Shown here piece after piece: positions 19,788 through 29,423 of a DNA stretch of 64,000 nucleotides. Positions within the stretch are counted from its first letter, which is position 1. Each line of letters begins with the position of its first letter. The notes under the pieces were generated by a model. It was given only the letters and a program-made list of their open reading frames with translations, was not told the DNA's origin and did no database searches. Where the stretch lies: positions 256,001-320,000 of the forward strand of contig CAXXUA010000005.1 in assembly GCA_963663765.2 (NCBI GenBank), read 5' to 3'. The translations under genes and the position numbers were made by a program. The stretch is from Candidatus Poribacteria bacterium (GTDB taxonomy: Bacteria; Poribacteria; WGA-4E; WGA-3G).

Positions 19788-20866
19788 TTATTTGTTGTTC
19801 TTAATTTCAGCCCATGTAGTGCTCAATTTGTCCGCAGGCTCAATAGCAAATGGATCCGTAGGTGCTTTAGCAAGATGTTGTATTTCATCTGCAGAAAGTG
19901 CCCGGTGAAACATGAAGAATTCATCCATCAAACCTTTGAAAGCCCATCCATCAGGACTCACAAATCCATCAAATTCCGCAGTCTCAGAACCGACCCCGAT
20001 GAATCCATACCGTTGTGATTTCGTTCCAATCATGTTGCCAGTTGTAGACTCCAATCATGTTGCCAGTTGTAGACGTTGGTTGCTCAACATCCACTTCACC
20101 ATCAACATATATCCGTTTCATCTCACCGTCGTATGTAGCAGAGACATGATGCCAATTATCATCGGTTACTTTAATGTCACCGTGCCAATCTTCTATGGGA
20201 CAACAGATGTCAAAGGCGACATAGTCAAATTGTTCAATTGCAGCATCTCCAGCTGCAAAACGGAAATAGTCACTTCGGTCCCACGAAGCAATCAGGCCTC
20301 TTTGTGGCGTTTTAATCCATACCGCAAGCGTTAGTTCCGGTATACCCTCGGTGTAATTTAACTCACGAACAGAAATGTATTCGGTTCCAGCACCAGGAAA
20401 TTCCATACATTCATTAACCCGACACTCCGCACTTCTGATTTGCGTTTTTCGATAATAATTTGATAAACCCGCGTGGAGACTATATTTAGCAAACAATTTC
20501 AATTTAAAATGATAAAATAACAAGTTCGGTTTTGTCTCAAAATATAGAACTCAAAATCACCATTATTTTGTGCGAATCCTTGTGTGATACGGGTTTATCC
20601 CAATATTATAAAAATGTATTAAAACAAGTGCGGAGTGTAGGATTAACCATACCTTCATTCACAATTTTGAGATTGCTTCCACGTATTAAACCATCATACC
20701 CATTTTCTGAATGATCCAAAACATCTCCACCATGAAGTGAGTCTGAGTCAAAACTATAATGGATGACCAATTCAGCTTTACTAACTAATTGTGCATGAGA
20801 AGTTACCGTTGACACTGTTAAAATAAGTGTTAACGATATTAACTTGAAAATAAAAGAGGTACTCAT
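19788..20866 (-). pseudogene. LamG-like jellyroll protein disrupted by a MITE insertion and a 25-bp tandem duplication
   Basis: Three ORF pieces collinear with the intact neighbours; removing 20419-20641 plus one ATTAAC and one copy of 20025-20049 restores the frame. Confidence 0.9.
20419..20641. mobile_element. 223-bp MITE with IS1634-type ends
   Basis: CCGACACTCCGCACTT...AAGTGCGGAGTGTAGG; 6-bp TSD ATTAAC; ends nearly identical to those of the IS at 45005-46724. Confidence 0.9.
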
Positions 20867-21070
20867 TTTTAACTCCTTTTATTTTTTCAACACCTATAAA
20901 GATGTTAAAGTTTTCTTATTTTTGATTGGATTTCACTATAAACAAACAAGTAACAATCCTGTGAATTTAGTTTAGGCGTTCTTAATGATGATTTAGTCTG
21001 TGTATCAACGACTGATAACAAGGCTAACACTCAATTTGAATTTAATTGGAATGTGATCAAAATGTAGGTT

Positions 21071-21892
21071 TTACTTTCTGCTCTTTATGTGTGCCCATGT
21101 GGTGCTCAATTTATCATCAGGGTCAACAGCAAATGGTTCTGAAGGTGCTTTAGCCAGACGACTTACCTCATCTGCAGAAATTGCTCGGTGAAACAAAAAA
21201 AACTCATCCATTAGTCCATTGAATACCCAACTGGGTCCTACACCCGCATCAAAAGCAGCTGCTTCTGAACCAATTCCGATAAAACCGAAACGAGACACAG
21301 CTTTCCCGATCATCTGTTCGTTGGTGTCTGTTGGAGCTTCAACATCCAATTCGCCATCAACGTAGATGCGTTTCATTTCAGCATCAAATGTTGCGACAAC
21401 ATGATGCCATTCATCATCAGTGACTTCAACGTTTCCGTGCCAATCTCTGATGGGACAACAGACATCAAATCCAATAAACGTTAGATTACCGAGTACGTCA
21501 TCACCAACACCAAAACGGAAAAACTCACTACGATCCCACGATGCGATCATACCTCTTTGAGCAGTCTTTACCCATACAGCAAGTGTAAGTTCCGGAAAAA
21601 GGTCTGAATAACTGTGATTTCGTACTGAAATATAGTCGGATGCTACACCGGGGAAATCCAAACATTCATTTGCTTGTCCATCGTCGACTATTTTGAGACT
21701 AGCACCTTTGATCAACCCATGATTTTCATTTCCTGAACCATCCAAGATATCTCCATCAACAAGTGTATCAGCGTTAAAACTATAATAGATGATTAATTCA
21801 TCTGTGCTGATCCCTTGCGCGGAGACTGTCAACACAGGTACTGTTAGAAAAAGAGCCAATGTGAATAACTTAAAAACAAAAGAGAATTTCAT
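21071..21892 (-). CDS. Secreted LamG-like jellyroll domain protein
   Basis: Signal peptide; 'WHHVVATFD...IYVDG', 'FNGLMDE'; C-terminal 'VDPDDKLSTTWAHIK'. Confidence 0.88.
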   Translation of the reverse strand: MKFSFVFKLFTLALFLTVPVLTVSAQGISTDELIIYYSFNADTLVDGDILDGSGNENHGLIKGASLKIVDDGQANECLDFPGVASDYISVRNHSYSDLFPELTLAVWVKTAQRGMIASWDRSEFFRFGVGDDVLGNLTFIGFDVCCPIRDWHGNVEVTDDEWHHVVATFDAEMKRIYVDGELDVEAPTDTNEQMIGKAVSRFGFIGIGSEAAAFDAGVGPSWVFNGLMDEFFLFHRAISADEVSRLAKAPSEPFAVDPDDKLSTTWAHIKSRK

Positions 21893-22100
21893 TTTTAACT
21901 CCTTTAATTCCTTTCAACACCTAATAAAGATGTTAAGGTTTTTCCTATTTGATTGAAGTGCCTTTGTAAAACAATCATGTGTAAATACAATGTAATGAGA
22001 TTAGAGTGTTCTTGATGTTGATTGATTCTACACATCAACGACAATAAACAAAGTTAACTCTCAAATTAACACCTAATTGGTATGTGATTGAATTACACGT

Positions 22101-22925
22101 TTACTTTTTATCTTTAATTTGAGCCCATGTAGTACTCAATTTTCCTGCGGGTTGTACGGAAGTTAGAGGATCTGTCGGGGCAGCAGCGAGACGCGATACC
22201 TCATCTGCAGTAAGTGCCCTATGGTACATTAGGTATTCATCCATCAAACCGTTGAATGCCCAACTAGGACCTACGTTAGCATCAAAAGCAGCAGCTTCTG
22301 AACCAATTCCGATAAAACCGAAACGCGTTATATCCTTTCCGATCATTTGTTCGTTGGTGTCTGTTGGTGCTTCAACATCCAATTCACCATCCACATATAT
22401 GCGTTTCATTTCAGCATCAAAGGTAACAACAACATGATGCCATTCATCGTCCGTAACGACGACGTTTCCATGCCAATCTATGATAGGACAACAGACATCA
22501 AATCCTACAAAGGTCAGATTACCAAGAACATCATCGCCAGCACCAAAGCGGAAAAATTCACTGCGATCCCACGATGAAATCATACCTCTAACACCTGTCT
22601 TAATCCATACAGCGATACTCAGTTCTGGGAAAAGAGTGGAATAACTTAGATTCCGTACTGAAATATAGTCTGATGCAGTACCAGGGAACTGTATGCACTC
22701 CTTAACTTTGCCATCATCCACAATATTAAGATTGGTGCCTTTTAGCAGCCCATGATTCTCATTTCCGGATCCATCTATGATTTCTCCATCAACAAGTGAG
22801 TTCGCATTAAAACTATAATAGAGCATTAACTCATCTGCGCTGACCCCTTGCGCGGAAACTGTCAACACCGGTACTGTTAGAAATAGTGAAAGAATTATTA
22901 GTTGAAAAATAAAAGCCGTTTTCAT
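22101..22925 (-). CDS. Secreted LamG-like jellyroll domain protein
   Basis: Close paralog of 21071-21892; AGGAG RBS before ATG 22925; C-terminal 'VQPAGKLSTTWAQIK'. Confidence 0.88.
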   Translation of the reverse strand: MKTAFIFQLIILSLFLTVPVLTVSAQGVSADELMLYYSFNANSLVDGEIIDGSGNENHGLLKGTNLNIVDDGKVKECIQFPGTASDYISVRNLSYSTLFPELSIAVWIKTGVRGMISSWDRSEFFRFGAGDDVLGNLTFVGFDVCCPIIDWHGNVVVTDDEWHHVVVTFDAEMKRIYVDGELDVEAPTDTNEQMIGKDITRFGFIGIGSEAAAFDANVGPSWAFNGLMDEYLMYHRALTADEVSRLAAAPTDPLTSVQPAGKLSTTWAQIKDKK

Positions 22926-22947
22926 TATAGTTCTCCTGTATGAAATA

Positions 22948-23049
22948 TACAACCTATCTCGTAAATGGTTGGAGGGGGTTCTAACCCCGATTCACCAGAC
23001 ACACGTTCTGGTGAATCGGAACAAAATCACATGAATGAGATACACTGTA
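22948..23049. repeat. ~100-bp dispersed REP-containing repeat
   Basis: AACCTATCTC...GGAGGGG.TTCTAACCCCGA...GAGATACACT, homologous to 33109-33216. Confidence 0.7.
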
Positions 23050-23079
23050 GTTTTTATTAGCGCGAAAATTACAGTCAGA

Positions 23080-23916
23080 CTATGTATATCCACCTACTCC
23101 TAACAAAATCCGATCTTCTTCATCAGCGTCTTTGAGAACGGTTTGAGTTAACCCATCTTCAGGTGGAACACCTCCGTGTGGTGACTTTCGTAACCACGTT
23201 GGTGTGTAACTTAAAATTAACAATCTCCGCTTTGAGCGAAGGGTTGGCAAAGCACGATGCCAGAGATTACCGTGAATAAGTAATGCATCTCCAGCTTTTA
23301 CATAGAGTTTAACTTCACCATCTATTGGTTGGTATTTATCCGGTGTTGCTTTGTCTAACCAGTTGTGAGAACCGGGGACAATCGCAACAGCACCGGTATC
23401 TGCGTTTAAATCATCAAGATAAATCAAGCAATCAACACTGTGTGGACGCGAGAACCAAGGTGGTAATGGGTTTGAGATGACCCGCAAGTGTTGATGCCAT
23501 GGTGTTTGGTGTTGTCTGTCGTCGCCAGGGTAACTAATTCGCGCACTTAATGCTCTTAATCTGACCAGTGGTCCCATCATTGCGCGTGCAATTGAAAGCA
23601 CAGGTTGAAATTTTAGAAGTTCAAGGAACACTTCATCTTTATCCATCAGGTGACGTGGTATGAACCCCCATCCACGTTTTGAAGAAATCGCCTTATCACG
23701 TTTTTCCCATTCACGTTCTTCTAATCTATCAAGCGCATCTCTTAGTTTTTGCAGGTGTTCTCCTTGAAAGAGACCTTCACGTATTAGGTATCCTGTTTCA
23801 GCAAAGGTTTCTAACTCAGTGGTGGTTGCATGTACATCCACATCCCAGTGTTGCTTATTTTCTCTGGGGTTAAGCACATTTAATACTTCATAGTGCAGTG
23901 TGTGATTGTTAATCAT
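23080..23916 (-). CDS. PhyH-family dioxygenase with an atypical HxH motif
   Basis: 'FAETGY', 'PWHQH', 'IYLDD', 'VPGSH', 'AGD.....LWH', 'RR'. Confidence 0.85.
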   Translation of the reverse strand: MINNHTLHYEVLNVLNPRENKQHWDVDVHATTTELETFAETGYLIREGLFQGEHLQKLRDALDRLEEREWEKRDKAISSKRGWGFIPRHLMDKDEVFLELLKFQPVLSIARAMMGPLVRLRALSARISYPGDDRQHQTPWHQHLRVISNPLPPWFSRPHSVDCLIYLDDLNADTGAVAIVPGSHNWLDKATPDKYQPIDGEVKLYVKAGDALLIHGNLWHRALPTLRSKRRLLILSYTPTWLRKSPHGGVPPEDGLTQTVLKDADEEDRILLGVGGYT

Positions 23917-24314
23917 TTCTTAGAAGCCTTCCATTTTCCAAAATCATCTTGAGAAAACGTGAATTCAGCAATCCCTTCAAAATCGCCATCTACATACGAC
24001 GTCACACCCAAGACTTTCCCAAGTCCCGTAACGCTACCACTAACTTTAATCTTCGCGGGCCAATACTGGCGTTCTTTGTTGTATTTACCCCATTCCTCTA
24101 TTTTTACTGTCTTTATTTTTATATCCTTAATCCCAAAAATCTTTACATCATCTGAGTTTTTTACCCAAGCAAGTGGTACATTTTTACCAAGTTTTTCTTC
24201 TACAAGTTTCTTTACATCAACTTCACTCGGTTTTTGTGCGGAACACCCAATAAATAACGTGAGCATATAAAAAATCGTAATTGATAGTGTAAGAAATTTA
24301 TATATTGGTTTCAA
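23913..24314 (-). CDS. Hypothetical lipoprotein
   Basis: 'FIGC' lipobox, AGGAG RBS, 4-bp overlap with the downstream gene. Confidence 0.7.
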   Translation of the reverse strand: MKPIYKFLTLSITIFYMLTLFIGCSAQKPSEVDVKKLVEEKLGKNVPLAWVKNSDDVKIFGIKDIKIKTVKIEEWGKYNKERQYWPAKIKVSGSVTGLGKVLGVTSYVDGDFEGIAEFTFSQDDFGKWKASKK

Positions 24315-24417
24315 GTTATTATTCTCCTAATAGATGGTATGTTAGAATGTTATTATTAAAGTATTTTTATTGAAGGAACTTGTTTTACTTTAGTAAAAAT
24401 TATATCCGAATATGACG

Positions 24418-25203
24418 TTATTTCAGATATTTTCCTGGAATACGTGAACCGGGGAATTGTCCGTTTTCATCACGATTTACGATAGGTTCTGGTATTTCGG
24501 CTTTCCAGTAGTCGGGAACTGTATTCGGTCGACTGTGCCACGCCAATATTAACGTGCGGCGTTCGTCAGTCTGATTTCTATGTGTGGCGTGTAACAGACG
24601 TGCATCTGCCATTACCAACGAACCTGCTTTGGCACACACACTCACCTGATCAGGATGGTCACAGAACATTACGGGATGGTCTTTCTCAATAAAACGCGCG
24701 CCTTGTTCATGTGCAGGTACAAGTATGTTATGCAAATCGCTTCGTTTTAAATGTGAGCCGGGAATCACTTTCAAACATCCATTTTCAGGTGTAGTATCTG
24801 TAAGATAGTAATTGAGAAAGATAGTTTGGGGCCACGGGGAACAACTGAGCGGATCATTCCAACGCATCCAATCTTGATGCCAATAAAGAGGTGGACCACC
24901 GGGTTCTTTTGTTAAGATGATGATACCGCCAGATGCAGCAAAATCTCCAAAACCGAGTTGTTCTAACACATCACGTGACGGTTTCCATTCCAACAACTTC
25001 TGAATATGCGGATTATTTGCACCATGCACATTCACATGTTGCCCTTGGTAGATCATCTCCTTAGGTTCAACATGTCCAGCGATTAGACGTTCCGTTTCAT
25101 CGTGCAATTCCTGCAGGAAATCTTCTGATAAGACATCATCAACAGCACAGAAGCCATCCTCCAGCATCTGATTACGTTTTTGCAAGGCTACTTCGCGATT
25201 CAT
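24418..25203 (-). CDS. PhyH-family dioxygenase
   Basis: 'WHQD', 'ENGCLKVIPGSH', 'AGS......LLH', 'RR'. Confidence 0.88.
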   Translation of the reverse strand: MNREVALQKRNQMLEDGFCAVDDVLSEDFLQELHDETERLIAGHVEPKEMIYQGQHVNVHGANNPHIQKLLEWKPSRDVLEQLGFGDFAASGGIIILTKEPGGPPLYWHQDWMRWNDPLSCSPWPQTIFLNYYLTDTTPENGCLKVIPGSHLKRSDLHNILVPAHEQGARFIEKDHPVMFCDHPDQVSVCAKAGSLVMADARLLHATHRNQTDERRTLILAWHSRPNTVPDYWKAEIPEPIVNRDENGQFPGSRIPGKYLK

Positions 25204-25354
25204 GCAATATCCCTCTCAGTGAAATACAATTATTTCTATTTTACAAAATTATTTATATCAAGTCAACTATTTTTATCAATTAAACCAGAAAAATATCTGT
25301 CTTGAATTCCTTTCTACACTATGCTATACTTTCCAAAAAGGAGACATCCATTCT

Positions 25355-26113
25355 ATGGTTACCCAAAAAGATATTCAAGCCACTTGTGACGACATCGTGC
25401 GTGAATTCTCGCCGCTTCAAGTCGTTCTGTTTGGGTCTTATGCGTATGGTAACCCAACAGAACACTCGGATGTTGATTTGCTGGTCGTGATGGATATTCC
25501 AGAATCTGAGACAAGTCGTCAAGCAGCAGAGATTTGGAAACGTATTCCACGACGGTTTAGTATCGATCTGCTGGTACGTTCGCAAGAAGAAATCGCATTT
25601 CGTATTTCTCATAACGACTGGTTTCTTCGAGAAATTACCGAAAAAGGTAAAGTCCTCTTTGGAAATTATTGTTTTTCTAATCAACCTGTCAAGACGGTAA
25701 AGGACGGTATGAATCCAATAACACTCGAATGGATAGAAAAAGCTGAAGGCGATTACACCACAGTAATGTTGTTACAGCAGAGTCCAATAGCAAGCAAAGA
25801 TGTCATTTGCTTTCATGCACAACAGTGTATAGAAAAATATTTAAAAGCATGGTTACAAGAAGCAAATATACAGGTTCCAAGAACCCATAACTTAGAGGAA
25901 TTGCTGAGCTTAATTGTTTCAACAATACCCGCTTGGAATTCTTGGGAAGCGGATTTTTCAACACTGTCATACCATGCTGTAGACTTTCGCTATCCCGGTA
26001 AGTCAGCAACAGAAGAAAACGCAACGCATGCAGTGAAAACCTGTAATATGGTTCGGAAAGCGATAAGAACTAAATTAAAACTACCTGATAACGAAACAGA
26101 TTCAATGGTATAA
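25355..26113 (+). CDS. Fused minimal nucleotidyltransferase (MNT) and HEPN domain protein
   Basis: 'LFGSYAYG....SDVDL' followed in frame by 'W..KAEGD', 'CFHAQQCIEKYLKA', 'RTHNL', 'FRYPG'. Confidence 0.85.
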   Translation: MVTQKDIQATCDDIVREFSPLQVVLFGSYAYGNPTEHSDVDLLVVMDIPESETSRQAAEIWKRIPRRFSIDLLVRSQEEIAFRISHNDWFLREITEKGKVLFGNYCFSNQPVKTVKDGMNPITLEWIEKAEGDYTTVMLLQQSPIASKDVICFHAQQCIEKYLKAWLQEANIQVPRTHNLEELLSLIVSTIPAWNSWEADFSTLSYHAVDFRYPGKSATEENATHAVKTCNMVRKAIRTKLKLPDNETDSMV

Positions 26114-26119
26114 GAAGGT

Positions 26120-27031
26120 ATGCCTACAAGAAAGAGAGGAAAAATGGAACGTACTCTACTTATTCATCCAGACACACCTGATATTGATAAAGAACACGGT
26201 TTTTCTAACATCAACGGACCATCGCTTGTTCGTGTACCTGAATGGGTAGACGAACCGTTAGGTAAATACTATCTCTATTTTGCTCATCATCGTGGTGCAT
26301 ATATCCGTTTAGCTTATGCAGATGAGTTTGAAGGTCCCTACTCAATTTATCAACCTGGTGCATTGCATCGTGATACGACTGTTTTCAAAGGATGTGATCA
26401 CATCGCTTCACCAGATGTTCATATAGATGAAGATAACAAACGCTTCATAATGTATTTTCACGGAAATTACCGCGGTGGACAAGCAACCTGTTGGGCAACC
26501 TCACCGGATGGCATCAATTATACAGCAACGCAGACATTGGAGAAACAGCAAGGACCCTATTTTCGTGTTTTTTGGTGGCAGGGTCTCCCTTATGCAACGA
26601 ATCACAACATGCTGAATCGAGGTAGAACACCTGAATGGACGACAGCTTTTGATAGACGTGAAACTCCCCTGTTTCCAGGTAAAGGCAGAGATGGAACACC
26701 CCGCCATACTGCAAATCATCTTGTTGGCGACACTTTGACCGTCTATTACTCACTATATGGAGATACTCCAGAACGTATCCTAAAAAGCACTGTGCAACTA
26801 ACGGAAGATTGGAATGAGTGGCATCCATCTACACCGACAGAGGTTATCGCACCAAAGTATGATTTTGAAGGTGTAGATATTCCGATTGTGCCATCAACAA
26901 ACGGACTTGACAGAGTACCCGTGCATCAACTTCGCGACCCAGAAATCTATTGCGAAGGTGAAGATCTTTGGCTTCTTTACTCTGTAGCGGGTGAACAAGG
27001 GATTGCAATTACGAAACTTTCTCCTAAATAA
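26120..27031 (+). CDS. Five-bladed beta-propeller glycoside hydrolase-like protein
   Basis: 'GPSLV', 'YYLYFAHH.G.YI', 'HIASPDV', 'LRDP' motifs. Confidence 0.65.
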   Translation: MPTRKRGKMERTLLIHPDTPDIDKEHGFSNINGPSLVRVPEWVDEPLGKYYLYFAHHRGAYIRLAYADEFEGPYSIYQPGALHRDTTVFKGCDHIASPDVHIDEDNKRFIMYFHGNYRGGQATCWATSPDGINYTATQTLEKQQGPYFRVFWWQGLPYATNHNMLNRGRTPEWTTAFDRRETPLFPGKGRDGTPRHTANHLVGDTLTVYYSLYGDTPERILKSTVQLTEDWNEWHPSTPTEVIAPKYDFEGVDIPIVPSTNGLDRVPVHQLRDPEIYCEGEDLWLLYSVAGEQGIAITKLSPK

Positions 27032-27125
27032 CCTATGTTGCTACATAGTAGCATAATCATTTAGATTGTGCATGTGAGTGCGCAAACTGACAGTGGACAG
27101 TACATAATCTTGTGAAAATCAATTC

Positions 27126-27748
27126 TTAAGTGCTATGGGTAATCCTTGTAGAATTTTCTGCTTCTAACTCAACAAATCTGTAGATCTGTCGTAGAGAAAA
27201 ATCCGCATCAACGGATTTCAACATGAGGTCATTTTCAAGATGAGGTCATTTTCAAGAGAAGTGATTTCACTTAACTGCCATAACATCCCTTGACGCGTAT
27301 AGTGTTCAACTCTCACTTGATCCTGTGAAATAAGTACATAGTCTTGCAATGATATTAATTGACGATACCGTCTAAATTTCTCGCCTTTGTCATACGCCTC
27401 CGTAGATTAAGAAAGCACTTCTATAAGGACTAATGGATTAATTAGAGTGTCAAATTCACTATCTTCAAAGCGGGGTTTTTCACAGACAACAGATATATTT
27501 GGATAAAAGTAAGATTCTCCTGCATTAATTCCAACACGCATGTCACTCGTAAAAACTCTACATCCCCGCTCTACTAACTGATTGTAAAGTCCGTTTGCAG
27601 TATTCATCGTGATAAGATTATGCGCCATACTTGCACCGGACATAGCAACAATCTCTCCGCTCAGATATTCGCTTTTGACCGTTGCCTTACGCTCTGCGGT
27701 GATGTATTCCTTGGGAGTCAAAAAGGTTTGTGCTGCAATTGATGACAT
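27126..27748 (-). pseudogene. Uma2 (DUF820) endonuclease pseudogene
   Basis: 'EYLSGEIVAMSGAS..HN', 'IEVLS*STEAYDKGEKF..Y' with an in-frame TAA at 27407; 17-bp tandem duplication at 27223-27256 shifts the tail. Confidence 0.85.
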
Positions 27749-27793
27749 TTGTGTTTCCTATGGGTGGATTTAATGATATATGTTCTGTCCACT

Positions 27794-27930
27794 TATAGTG
27801 GATTTTAGAATTATTTTTACACTTTCAGGTGTAGGAGGGAACTCCGATTCCCGACTATCAAGGCGTTCAGTCGCGATTCGGAGATCGCTCCTACAGAAAA
27901 AGTGTAAACTTAATTGTATATTTCACTATA
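27794..27930. mobile_element. 137-bp TA-ended MITE carrying a GTAG REP doublet
   Basis: TATAGTGGATTTTAGAATTATTTTTACACTTT versus the reverse complement of the right end TATAGTGAAATATACAATTAAGTTTACACTTT; interior GTAGGAG...CTCCTAC. Confidence 0.75.
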
Positions 27931-28009
27931 ATACCACAATATTCTATCAAGTAAAATGTTAATTGTAATAATAACACTTTGCCTGATAGATTGCAACAGA
28001 ACTTTACCA

Positions 28010-28212
28010 GGGGCAGTGTAAAGATTTTGTCACCCTTTTCGTCAGAATCGCGGATTACACGGATTTCTCGGAAAAGAATTATACATCTGTATTCCATAAA
28101 TAGCATTTATTCTATTCATACAACCCTATGCTGGTGTCTTATTCGCGTAATCTGTGTATTCGGCGTAATCGGTGATTCTGATAATAAGAGTGACAAAATC
28201 TTTACATACCCC
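28010..28212. mobile_element. MITE with IS256-like ends and internal inverted repeats
   Basis: GTGTAAAGATTTTGTCAC...GTGACAAAATCTTTACAT; interior TCAGAATCGCGGATTAC / GTAATCGGTGATTCTGA. Confidence 0.7.
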
Positions 28213-28247
28213 AACTAATGAATTTGATTAGACTGCTGAAATTGCTT

Positions 28248-29402
28248 CTATTCAGGTGCAAGGGAACGAATCCAATTAACCGTTTTGATGACTTCTTCAG
28301 CGACAATGTCAACCTCATCTACAGTATTGTAACGACCTAAACCAAAACGCACAGCAGTCACCGCTAACTCCTTCGCAACACCCATTGCGACTAAGACATG
28401 GGACGCATTTACCGATTCTGAATTACATGCAGATCCTGTTGATACAGCAACATTCTTTAGTCCCATCAATAAAGCGAAACTTTGCACACCTACGAAACAG
28501 AGGTTTAGGTTACCAGATAGACGTTTCTCTGGATGACCGTTGAGGTGAATGTCGGTTAGTTTGGAAGTTAATTTCTGGTGAAGTGCATCACGCAACGGTG
28601 CTACAACATTCTCCTCTGTTTGCATTTTCATTGCTGTTTGACATACCTCACATGCAGCACCTAATCCGACAATACCTGCTACATTTAAGGTGCCAGGACG
28701 AATCCCATCCTCCTGACCACCCCCATAGAATAGTGGGTCTACACACTTTCCATCCCTTATGTATAGTGCACCGACACCCTTCGGTCCATTGATCTTGTGC
28801 GCAGTAATAGATGCCATATCAAGTCCTAACGCATCCATGTTGGATTCAAGTTTACCTATACCTTGCACTGCATCCGAATGCAAAAAAACACTATGTTTTT
28901 TTGCAATATCAGCAATCTCACGTATCGGATTGATAGTACCTACCTCGTTATTTGCATACATGAAACTCAGCAAAATAGTCTTTGACGTGATAGCAGATTC
29001 AACATCGTCAGGATTCACCATACCGTATCTATCTACCGATAAATACGTGATCTCAAAACCTTCTTTTTCTAAGATGTGACATGTGTCAAGCACTGCATGA
29101 TGTTCTGCTGTGCTTGTAATAATGTGATTTCCTTTATTCTTGTTTGCGTAGGCTGCTCCTTTTATAGCAAGGTTGTCCGATTCAGTTGCTCCACTTGTGA
29201 AGATTATCTCTTTCGGTGTGCAACCAAGTAAGTTTGAAACCTGCTGCCGCGCTTTATCAATAGCATCTTTTGCTACAATTCCAAACTTATGTGTACTGGC
29301 AGCATTCCCAAAGTGTGTCGTTAGATATGGCATCATTGCATCTAACACTTCTGCAGCGATAGGTGTTGTTGCGTGGTTGTCCATGTATATCTGATTTTTC
29401 AC
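28248..29402 (-). CDS. iscS: Cysteine desulfurase (IscS/NifS family)
   Basis: 'YMDNHATTP', 'FTSGATE', 'DAVQ', 'TAHK..GPKG', 'RPGT', 'STGSAC'. Confidence 0.88.
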   Translation of the reverse strand: MKNQIYMDNHATTPIAAEVLDAMMPYLTTHFGNAASTHKFGIVAKDAIDKARQQVSNLLGCTPKEIIFTSGATESDNLAIKGAAYANKNKGNHIITSTAEHHAVLDTCHILEKEGFEITYLSVDRYGMVNPDDVESAITSKTILLSFMYANNEVGTINPIREIADIAKKHSVFLHSDAVQGIGKLESNMDALGLDMASITAHKINGPKGVGALYIRDGKCVDPLFYGGGQEDGIRPGTLNVAGIVGLGAACEVCQTAMKMQTEENVVAPLRDALHQKLTSKLTDIHLNGHPEKRLSGNLNLCFVGVQSFALLMGLKNVAVSTGSACNSESVNASHVLVAMGVAKELAVTAVRFGLGRYNTVDEVDIVAEEVIKTVNWIRSLAPE

Positions 29403-29423
29403 GATGGCTGCCCCTTTATTTTC

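Noticed and set aside
27780-28218. Small ORFs at 27780, 27891 and 27979 (also 60158-60397)
   Set aside because: They lie within MITE/REP sequence and are chance open frames
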